64,000 nt of DNA from Mobula hypostoma (taxonomy: Eukaryota): positions 94,800,001 to 94,864,000 of the forward strand of contig NC_086108.1 of the NCBI RefSeq assembly GCF_963921235.1, read 5' to 3'. Below, piece after piece: positions 1-10,274 of the stretch. The notes beneath the pieces are model-generated. The model ran no database searches. It was not told the DNA's origin and saw nothing but the letters and a program-made list of their open reading frames with translations. Position numbers and translations under genes: made by a program. The stretch's first letter is position 1. Each line of letters starts with the position of its first letter.

Positions 1-889
1 GTCTTGCTGGAAAGTAAATCTCCTCCCATGTCGCAGTTCTCTTGCAGACTGCATCAGGTTTTCCTCCAGGATTTCCCTCAATTTTGCTGCATTCATTTTA
101 CCCTCTACCTTCACAAGCCTTCCAGGGCCTATTGCAGTGAAGCACCCCCACAGCATGATGCAGGCACCACCACGCTTTATGGTAGGGATGGTGTGTTTCT
201 GATGATGTGCAGTATTTGGCTTACACCAAGCATAGTGTTTAGTCTGATGGCCAAAGACTCAATTTTGGTTTCATTAAACCATAGACCCTTCTTCCAGCCA
301 ACTTCAGAATCTTCCACATACCTTCTAGCAAACTAGCCAAGATCTCATGGAGTTTTTTTTTCCAACACTAGTTTTCTCTTTGTCACTCTCCCATAAAACT
401 GTGACTGGTGAAGCACCAGGGCAACAGTTGTATGTGCAGTCTCTCCCATCTCAGCCACTGAAGCTTGTAACTCTGCCCGATTTGTCACAGGTCTCTTGGT
501 GGCCTCCCTCACTAGTCCCCTTCTTGCATGGTCATGATCTACAGCTTTCCATTTCTTGATGATTGACTTAACTGTACTCCAGGGGAATTTTGGCAACTTG
601 GAAATTTTCTTGTATCCTTCTCCTAACCTGCTTTTCAATAACCTTTTTGCAGAGTTTCTTGGAGTGTTCTTTTGTCTTCATGGCGTAGGTTTTGCAAGGA
701 TACTGACCCACCAGCAGTTGGTCCTTCCAGATACATTGTATTTTTACCACAATCAATTGAAACATCTTGACTGCTTCTTCTTCTTCTTGTTTAATGGCAG
801 TTGGCAAAACAGCTTTAAGATGCATTACCGCCACCTGCTAGGCTTCCGTCTGCAACCAAATACGTCCTGGAGTACTCTGCTTTAAACAA

Positions 890-1670
890 TCTAGTTCAGC
901 ATGCAGATCTCTATTTACATCACTCTGTAATTGCAATTCCTTTTGTAAGTGCTGTATATGCTCATTAGATAGCAGTGCCGCAGACTGCTTTCCTTCCCTA
1001 ATTTTTGTCACATGGTTTAAATAATTGCATTATTGATTTCATCTGCATTATTTGTAAAACTAAAAGCTTCTTGTTTAAAAATATTAGTTTTCGCATGCTT
1101 AATTTAAAATTGCTGTTTTTCAAGTCTGCTATTTCCAAGCTTTCCTTTTCTTGAATCATAGTCTCTCGTTTACTGAGAGCTTGAAGTTCTTCTTCAATTG
1201 CTTCCATGTTTTCATTTTGTAACCTGAATGTAGATAATCCACTTTACCCCAATACCTTTCCCTTTTGCAATTTTGTAATAAGTTCCTCCATTTTCAATCT
1301 CTTTCCAACCTACTTTAGTCAACCTAGTTCAACCTGCATATCTCTATTTGTTTCACTCGGTAATTGCAATTCCTCTTGCAAATGCTGTGTGCGCTCACTA
1401 GACAGCAGTGCCGCAAACTGCTGTTCTCCCTAATTTTTATCACATGGTTTTCAAGAAATTGCATCATCTCAATTACATTGATTTCATCTGCATCATTTGT
1501 AAGACTAAAATCTTTTTATTTAAGAATATTAATTATCGCATGCTTAACTTTTAAATTTGTTTCCATATCTTCGTTTAACAATCTGAATGTAAATAATTCA
1601 CTTTGCAACAATTCCTTTTTTTCTTTTTATAACTTTGGAATAATTTCCTCCATCTTTTAATCTGTTTTCC
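890..1670. repeat. Diverged direct duplication (units about 891-1310 and 1324-1670) within the cargo
   Basis: ctagttca...gtaattgcaattcc...cagtgccgca...attgatttcatctgcat...cgcatgcttaa occurs twice, offset about 433 nt. Confidence 0.85.
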
Positions 1671-1968
1671 AAGTCACTGAATTTTTGACAACAAGTATCC
1701 TTTTCAGAAACCGTCTCCTTTAAATGCAGTACTGTTTCATCCAATCTCTCTTCCAATTCTCAGTTGTTCTTTTTGAGTACTTCTATTTGTTGCTGGAGTT
1801 CTGCACATTCACCCTGGGTTTCAACCATGTTTCTTGTATACATAAAATCCAAAGTTTTTCCTTAAGTTCTGATACATATTTCGTAAATTCTTGACCATTT
1901 GCAATAAGACTCCTTGCATTCCCTTGTGTGTGTGTGTATATATAAACAAACACACACACACACTGCCA

Positions 1969-3102
1969 TTAATATCTCACCTCTCCTGCCTGTAAACTGT
2001 TTGATCCTCCATTCGGCGTTCCTTTGACTGCTTCCCACCTAAGCCCTGTAATACCAAGATATTTTTCTGCAGACTTGACAATAATTTTAATTTTTTCAGT
2101 TCTTTTGTCTGTTTGCGCTGAACAGTTAATTGCACCTACCATAATCAGTACGAAATCCTTTCTACTCATTATTAGCTTATCCATATTTATCATATTACAG
2201 CCCTCACAGTTCACCGGTTTATTATTCCCTGTATTTGTTTGCTTGATAGCCTTCTCCTTTCCAGCATATGTTTTCACTGCCTCCGCATAACTGATTCCTT
2301 GAGTTCTTTCACATATTGTATCTCAGCATCTTTCTTACTATTAATGCACCCTCGGTAAGCTGCACTGTGTTCCTTGCCACAATTACAGCATTTCAGCCTG
2401 GCTCCCACTTCACATTTCCCGTATCCATGTTCTCTAGCACATCTCCCACATCTTTGTTTCCCTCTGCGGACCGCCGCAATATGCCTAAATTTCTGGCATT
2501 TAAAGCATCTTAAAGGTGGTGGTACATGTATTCTGACCTCATAACACACATATCCTAAATCAACTTTAGTTGGCAAACTCTCCTCATCAAAGTTAATCAT
2601 ATCCAATAAACTATCACACTTATTTCCATTTCTTGTAGCTTTCAAACATTTGGCCTCAATAATTTTTGCTCCTTTTATGTTCTGTTTAATCTCGTCCATA
2701 GTAACTTTTGTTGGTATTCCCGAAATAACTCCTCTAGTCCACTTTCTGTTGTTGGGTATGGAGCATCGTACTTTCTTGCCGTCTATTTTATTTAATCTTA
2801 TCACTTTGCGTTGCTGAGCACTATCCCAGCAAATAACTGATAGCGATCCATTTCGTAACATTTTTGCTCTTTTGACCTCACCTATAAGTTTGTTGATTGT
2901 CTTCATCAAATGAATCGGGTTCCAGTCACCGAAAGACGCCCTGTCTTCGCTCAGTTTTATAATTGCTTTAATCTCATCTTCTTTCCATTGTTTTGCTATC
3001 CTATTTTGATCATCCCCTGACTCCTCAGAGTTTGATATCTCATACCTCTGTTTTCTTTTCTTACTCTTTCCACTCCATTCCTCTTTCCCGTCATCCTCCA
3101 TC
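1969..3102 (-). pseudogene. LINE ORF1, gag-like nucleic-acid-binding protein with three CCHC-type knuckles, one frameshift near 2300
   Basis: PPPLRCFKCQKFRHIAA...RCGRCAREH...KCCNCGKEHSAAYRGC, then GISYAEAVK in the shifted frame; ORFs 2274-3176 and 1969-2277. Confidence 0.85.
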
Positions 3103-4014
3103 TCGAACTCACTCCACTGGTCCTCTCGTTGCCATCTTCCAACCACCCGTTCCCCAGCCCCATCTTGACTGCACACAGGTGATCTTCATTTAACTGATTG
3201 TCTTCTAAAACCAATTGGCTCCACCAATTAATGATTTGGTGTGTCATTCTAAAGGTGGTGGGGGGTGGTGAATACTTATGCAATCAATTATTTTGTGTTT
3301 TATATTTGTCATTAACTTAGATCACTTTGTAGTGATCTGTTTTCACTTTGACACAGGAGAGTCTTTTTCTGTTGATCAGTGTCAAAAAAGCCACATTAAA
3401 TCAGTGCTTCAATGATATAGGACAATAAAACATGAAAACTTCTGGGGGGGGGTGGTGGTGAATACTTTTTATAAGCACTGCAGCAGCAATATTTTCATAC
3501 CCCTTCGAGTTCTATCAGAAACACTATTCAAATACAATCAAATGAGATATTTAATATTCTGACAAACTATATAGTTGCCCAAATAGGACTGCAATAAATT
3601 TGTAACCCATACGATGGACAATGCAAAAAAAGATAGAATTCTCAACAACAATGTAAAGCTACTGACAAGTTTCATAATAAATTGGCTTTTCCAATTAAAA
3701 CCTGTAGCTCCACTGGAAACGTAAAACAAGGCAGGCATTTGCGGCTCCCAAGCAAAAACAGGTGTCTCCGGGCAGCTGCTTTCTAACAGTACAGCAGGTA
3801 TTGGAAAGCTCTACATTGTCCCACTAATTAGGTTGGTAAATACACCCACTAAAATAGCAGTCTCACTGATGTCAATGACAAAAATACATAATCAGCTAGA
3901 TGGAGAAGCTGCTTTTTCTTTTTTTATTTAACTGAACTGGTTCAACTTCACTTAAATTGCTTTTGTTTCCTTGTGTCCTGCATTTCTGAAGTTCAAAAGC
4001 GTAATAGTACTCGA

Positions 4015-4150
4015 TATTCTGATGAAGGGTCTTGGCCTGAAAAATCGGCTCTTTACTCCTCTCCATAGATGCTGCCTGACCTGCTGAGCTTCTCCTTTAT
4101 TTTGAGTGTGTTACTCTGGATTTCCACATCTGCAGAATCTCATGTTTATA
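4015..4150 (+). mobile_element. Penelope-like terminal fragment with degenerate hammerhead motif
   Basis: ctgatgaagggtcttggcctgaaa...atagatgctgcctgacctgctgag matches 46345-46440. Confidence 0.7.
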
Positions 4151-4664
4151 ACAGTATATCAAATTTTTAAAATATTATTGAGATTTTTATATCTTTTTGA
4201 CAGTCAGCAAGTCCAGGGCAGGGTTGATTTTTAAGGTTGACACATTTGCTCTGAAAGGACCTGTGCCATGTTGGGCATTGTAGATCAGGTAGGACCTAGC
4301 TCTCCATCGGAAGACAGTACTCAGGAACCACTCCAAGTATCAAAGGGTAAAGAAGGCAGGCAACTAATAGCTCACTAATCAGCAGAAGATCCAAGTCAAC
4401 ACATGTTGACAAGTCATAGCTTCTGAATCAGGCTATGAACTTCTTTTGCTTTCACAGAGGAATTTCCATTTTTACACTTTTTTGTCAACACCTTCAGAAG
4501 CATCAAAGCATTATATGAATAACCAAAAATTGACATACTGATTTTTTTTGATTGAGTCACATTATATGAACAATTCTGGATTAATACATCAGCTGATTTG
4601 TTTTGCAAAGCACAATTCTTATTTAATGAAATTATTCTGGAAATAGAAGGAAATAAAGATATAT

Positions 4665-5013
4665 CAGATGATGAGAGGCATTGATCATGTGGATAGTCAG
4701 AGGTTTTCTCCCCAGAGCTGAAATGACTAGCATGAGAGGGCACTGTTTTAAAGGTGCTTGGAAGTAAGCACAGAGGAGATGTCAGGGGCAAGTTTTTTTA
4801 AGCAGAGAGTGCTGAGTGCATGGAATGGGCTGCTGGCGACGGTGGTGGAAGCAGATAAGATAGGGTCTTTTCAGAGACTCCTGGACAGATACATGGAGCT
4901 CAGAAAAATAGAGGGTTATGGGTACCCTAGGTAATTTCTAAGGTAAGGACACGTTTGGCACAGCTTTGTGGGCTGAAGGGCCTGTATTGTGCTGTAGGTT
5001 TTCAATGTTTCTA
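4665..5013 (+). mobile_element. CR1 LINE 3' fragment (family C)
   Basis: Near-identical to the 3' ends at 12760-13100 and 20710-21056. Confidence 0.85.
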
Positions 5014-5595
5014 TTGATAAAATGATGGTGACATATACAATAGTTGACTCAATCTACCAGAAATTTTAAAAAAACATTTACTATTAGCAACAGGAGCTTC
5101 AAAAGCTTACCACCTCCAATGTAAAATAGTTAACATTCTATTCAAACTAAACATACTTATATTTTTCCTTGTTTATTATGTATTTAATCAGTTATATAGA
5201 CCATAAAGTATAGAAGCAGAATTAGGCCATCCAGCCCATTGATTCTGCTCCACAAATATAGAGGAGTAACTAGTCAGGGGAAAATAATGTACATATAGAT
5301 TGCAATTGATTATCAGTCACACAAGCTCAGAAATAAAAATAATCATGGCCTGTGGCAAGATTTTTGCGATGTCCATTATTTTGGCCCCAACTTATACCAT
5401 ATAACTGCCAATGAATGGTTTAAGAATAACATTTCCTTCCTGTTTGTAGCTCATCATTACCCCAAAAATACAAACATTTGTTAACTTTAAAACTTCTACT
5501 TTCAAGACCAGCTTGTTTCTAAAATTCCAACAGCCTCCCAATAATATTCAACAGTACACACTGAAGTGAACAGCTTCAGTTAAAAGAAAACTTAC

Positions 5596-5727
5596 TAATT
5601 CAATCTGCTTTTCCAGTTCATGACACTGCTCAGACTGTATCTTCCTGCTCTGTTCTCTAGCAGCAATATTTTCTTCTTGTTGCTTTTCAAGTAATTTCTC
5701 CAATTTGACAATTTCATTATTTTTTTC
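5596..5727 (-). CDS. ccdc18: CCDC18-like exon 13 (EKNNEIVKLEKLLEKQQEENIAAREQSRKIQSEQCHELEKQIEL); gene continues left of the window
   Basis: tattag / gtaag, 132 nt; similar to EKNEKIRSLE...KIHLEQHKEMEKQIER. Confidence 0.88.
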
Positions 5728-6319
5728 CTAATATTTAAAGGAAGCAGAAATGAAGATTACACTATTGTAAAAAAATCTTTTGTCAGTTCCTTTGCATGCA
5801 CTTTTCTTCACAAAGAAAATATTATTCTTCAAGCTTTTTATATTTTTCTAATAGGAATAGGAGGAAGGGAAAAAAAGGGCTGTAACAAGTATTTCCTGTC
5901 TGGTTCTGCATATTTACTTACGTAGCAAAAGATAATTGTTCTAAAGTAAGTGTTTTTAGATTGCTCACACCAATGCTGCTATATCAATTATATAAATTTA
6001 ACTTGTCATTTTTCAAAGATATGTGTTATTTGTACTTTCTTGACAAAACAAAACAAAATACACTGTTGGAATTCTACTATTTACAGTACATTGCAGTATC
6101 TATTGAAATTATTACTTTAAAAGTGTTTTGGGGTCATAGTGGCCAAATATTAAATTGTTCCATCCTTAAGTCATTCTTTGGGGTACTCTTCTGTTTTCCT
6201 GGATGTCAGCGAAAAGCCAGAATTTCAGGTTGTATGTTGTATACATTCTCTGATATTAAATGCAACTATTAAACTATTAATGTTGTTCAATTTTATTTTA
6301 ATAATAGTTCCAATGTTAC

Positions 6320-6430
6320 CGCAAATGCTTGTTCATATTCAACAATTTTCACTGCTTTGACCGAGTACGCAATAGTTTTCTCCTCCAATTGTTTCTCCAC
6401 CGTAGAAAGCTGTGACTTTGTTTTTCTTAG
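6320..6430 (-). CDS. ccdc18: CCDC18-like exon 12 (LRKTKSQLSTVEKQLEEKTIAYSVKAVKIVEYEQAFA)
   Basis: tttgacag / gtaac, 111 nt; similar to MTKKCSQLLTLEKQLEEKIVAYS. Confidence 0.9.
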
Positions 6431-6825
6431 CTGTCAAACAGAATATGTGCATTGGTAGTCATTATTAAGTGCAAAATATTTAGCAAACAGATTCATTAAT
6501 TTACAATGTATTGTTCAACTGTTCCCCCCCCAAAGATTAAAGGGTGAAGATTATCTTTATTTGTCACATGTACATTGAAACATACAGTGTAATGCGTTAT
6601 TTGCATTAACAGCAAATACAGTCTGAGGATGTACTGGGGACAGCTGACATGTGTCGCCATGCTTGCAGTGCCAACATAGCATACTCACAATTTACTAACC
6701 CTAACTTGTATGCCTCCAAAATGTGGAAGGAAACCAGAGCACCTGGATGAAACCCATATGGTCATGGAAAGAACATACAAACTCCCTGCAAACAGCAACA
6801 GGAATTGAACCACCATCTTACCATC

Positions 6826-9800
6826 TAGGTGGATGATCTTGTCGTACAGCTACAGATTGGCAGGTATGATATTGTGGCCATCACTGAGACGTGGCTAAAG
6901 GATGCATGTTTCTGGGAGCTGAACGTCCAAGGATACACGGTGTATCGGAAGGATAGGAAGGTAGGCAGAGGGGGAGGTGTGGCTTTATTGGTAAGAAATG
7001 ATATTAAATCATTAGAAAGAGGTGATATAGGATCGGAAGCTGCAGAATCTTTATGGGTTGAGCTCAAAAACCGCAGGGTAAAAGGACGCTGATGGCAGTT
7101 ATATATAGGCCTCCAAACAGTTGCAATGATGTGGACTGCAAATTACAACAGGACATAGAAATTGTGGGGAATTTTAACATGCGAGTGGATTGGGAAAATC
7201 AGGTCGGCACTGGATCTCAAGAGAGAGAATTTGTAGAATGTCTGCGAGATGACTTTTTAGAACAGCTTACTGTTGAGCCCACTAAGGGATTGGCTGTACT
7301 GGATTGGGTATTGTGTAATGAACCGGAGGTGATTAGAGAGATTGAGGTGAAGGAACCCTTAGGAGGCAGTGATCATAACATGATTGAGTTCACTGTGAAA
7401 TTTGAAAAAGAGAAGCCGAAATCTGATGTGTCGGTATTTCAGTGGAGTAAAGGAAATTATAGTGGCATGAGAGAGGAACTGGCCAAAGTTGACTGGAAAG
7501 GGACACTGGCGGGAAGGACAGCAGAGCAGCAGTGGCTGGAGTTTATGCGAGAAGTAAGGAAGGTGCAAGACAGGTATAGAACATAGAATAGTACAGCACA
7601 TTACAGGCCCTTTGGCCCACAATGTTGTGCCGACCCTCAAACCCTGCCTCCCATATAACCCTCCCTACCTTAAATTCCTCCATATACCTGTCTAGTAGTC
7701 TCTTAAACTTCACTAGTGTATCTGCCTCCACCACTGACTCAGGCAGTGCATTCCATGCACCAACCACTCTCTGAGTAAAAAACCTTTTTCTAATATCCCC
7801 CTTGAACTTCCCACCCCTTACCTTAAAGCCATGTCCTCTTGTATTGAGCAGTGGTGCCCTGGGGAAGAGGCGTTAGCTATCCACTCTATCTATTCCTCTT
7901 ATTATATTCCAAAAAAGAAGAAATTTTTGAATGGATAAAGGATGCAACCGTGGCTGACAAGAGAAGTCAAAGCCAAAGTTAAAGCAAAGGAGAGGGCATA
8001 CAAGGAAGCAAAAATTAGTGGAAAGACAGAGGATTGGGAAGTTTTTAAAAGCTTACAAAAGGAAACTAAGAAGGTCATTAAGAGGGAAAAGATTAACTAT
8101 GAAAGGAAGCTAGCAAATAATATCAAAGAGGATACTAAAAGCTTTTTCAAGTATATAAAGAGTAAAAGACAGGTGAGAGTAGATATAGGACCAATAGAAA
8201 ATGATACTGGAGAAATTGTAATGGGAGATAAGGAGATGGCGGAGGAACTGAACGAGTATTTTGTATCAGTCTTCACTGAGGAAGACATCAGCAGTATACC
8301 GGACACTCACGGGTGGCAGGGAAGAGAAGTGTGCGCAGTCACAATTACGACAGAGAAAGTACTCAGGAAGCTGAATAGTCTAAAGGTAGATGAATCTCCC
8401 GGACCAGATGGAATGCACCCGCATGTTCTGAAGGAAGTAGCTGTGGAGATTGCTGAGGCATTAGCGATGATCTTCAAAAGTTGATAGATTCTGGCATGGT
8501 TCCGGAGGACTGGAAGATTTCAAATGTCACTCCACTATTTAAGAAGGGGGCAAGGAAGCAAAAAGGAAATTGTAGACCTGTTGGCTTGACACCGGTGGTT
8601 GGGAAGTTGTTGGAGTCAATTGTCAAGGATGAGGTTACAGAGTACCTGGAGGCATATGACAAGATAGGCAGAACTCAGCATGGATTCCTTAAAGGAAAAT
8701 CCTGCCTATTACAATTTTTTGAGGAAATTACAAGTAGGCTAGACAAGGGAGATGTAGTGGATGTTGTATATTTGGATTTTCAGAAGGCCTTTGACAAGGT
8801 GCCACACATGAGGCTACTTAACAAGATAAGAGCCCATGGAATTACGAGAAAGTTACTTACGTGGATAGGGCGTTGGCTGATTGGCAGGAAACAGAGAGTG
8901 GGAATAAAGGGATCCTATTCTGGTTGGCTGCCGGTTAGCAGTGGTGTTCCACAGGGGTCCGTGTTGGGGCCGCTTCTTTTTACATTGTACTTCAACGATT
9001 TAGATTATGGAATAGATGGCTTTGTGGCTAAGTTTGCTGATGATATGAAGATAGGTGGAGGGGCCGGTAGTGCTGAGGAAACAAAGTCTACAGAGAAACT
9101 TGGATAGATTCAAAGAATGGGCAAAGAAGTGGCAAATGAAATACAATGTTGGAAAATGAATGGTTCTGCACTCTGGCAGAAGAAATAAGCAGGCAGACTA
9201 TTATTTAAATGGGGAGAGAATTCAAAGTTCTGAGATGCAATGGGACCTGAGAGTCCTCGTACAGGATACCCTTAAGGTTACCCTCCAGGTTGAGTCAGTG
9301 GTGAAGAAGGCGAATGCAATGTTGGCATTCATTTCTAGAGGAATAGAGTATAGGAGCAGGGATGTGATATTGAGGCTCTATAAGGCGCTGGTGAGACCTC
9401 ACTTGGAGTACTGTGGGCAGTTTTGGTCTCCTTATTTAAGGAAGGATGTGCTGACATTGGAGAGGGTACACAGAAGATTCACTAGAATGATTCCGGGAAT
9501 GAGAGGGTTAACATATGAGCAACGTTTGTCCACTCTTGGACTGTATTCCTTGGAGTTTAGAAGAATGAGGGGAGACCTCATAGAAACATTTCGAATGTTG
9601 AAAGGCATAGACAGGGTGGATGCGGCAAAGTTGTTTCCCATGATGGGGGAGTCTGGTACGAGAGGGCGTGACTTAAGGATTGAAGGACGCCCATTCAGAA
9701 CAGAGATGCGAAGAAATTTTTTTAGCCAGAGAGTGGTGAATCTATGGAATTTGTTGCCACGGACGGCAGTGGAGGCGAAGTCATTGGATGTATTTAAGGC

Positions 9801-9960
9801 AGAGATTGATAGGTATCTGAGTAGCCAGGGCATCAAAGGTTATGGTGAGAAGGCGGGGGAGTGGAACTAAATGGGAGAATGGCTCAGCTCATGATAAAAT
9901 GGCAGAGCAGACTCGATGGGCCAAATGACCGACTTCTGCTCCTTTGTCTTATGGTCTTAC
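6826..9960 (+). mobile_element. CR1 LINE (family A), nearly complete disrupted ORF2 (APE endonuclease + RT)
   Basis: [60 protein letters not shown]; tail tcttatggtcttac. Confidence 0.95.
7578..7903 (-). mobile_element. CR1 family B 3' fragment nested in the family A copy
   Basis: Nearly identical to 13135-13468; interrupts host codons QDRY|IPKKKK. Confidence 0.9.
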
Positions 9961-10274
9961 GGCTGTACAGTGTTACATTAAACGCTATGCTACTGTGCCA
10001 CCTGTGTTAAAAACAAGACATTCCTGTATACCTTCTAAACCAATGTAATATTGATAGCAAGCACTAAAATTTACACACTGCTGCATGTATCATACTGACC
10101 CTAATTTTAAATGGTCAGAATATCATAAGTTTCAGACCATTTAAAATGAGATTCAGAATACTATAGCTTATCAAATTTTCAATCTGGGTAAATTCACAAT
10201 GCATAAATGCCTTAACCTGGGAGCACCAAGTTAAACAACAATGCTTCTAATACTATTGTGATGAGCTGAAATTG

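Larger units (their letters stand above)
775..3160 (-). mobile_element. Non-autonomous Nimb/I-clade-like LINE derivative carrying coiled-coil cargo
   Basis: 12-bp TSD CATCTTGACTGC (763-774, 3161-3172); (AAG)n tail; 3' motif GGTGGCGGTAATGCA; gag-like ORF1; endonuclease N-terminal stub; no RT. Confidence 0.85.
1..3480 (-). mobile_element. Decayed Tc1-like DNA transposon (5' part), split at 774/3161 by a LINE-derived insertion
   Basis: Transposase remnants MKTKEHSK...GEGYKKISK...PWSTVKSIIKKWK and GGASIMLWGCF-like sequence; end CAGTGCTTATAAAAAGTATTCACC at 3480; the host sequence reads through uninterrupted in the related copy near 22890. Confidence 0.85.
6536..10002 (-). mobile_element. tRNA-derived SINE split by the CR1 at 6826-9960
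   Basis: Body at 6536-6825 (ggaggaaaccagagcacctgg...ggaattgaac) and head at 9961-10002 (gctatgctactgtgccac); similar to 16183-16480 and 23205-23411. Confidence 0.6.

Noticed and set aside
885..1815. Coiled-coil sequence on the host-gene strand as further CCDC18 exons
   Set aside because: It has multiple stops and frameshifts, no resemblance to the expected next CCDC18 exon, and lies inside a TSD-bounded retro-insertion.
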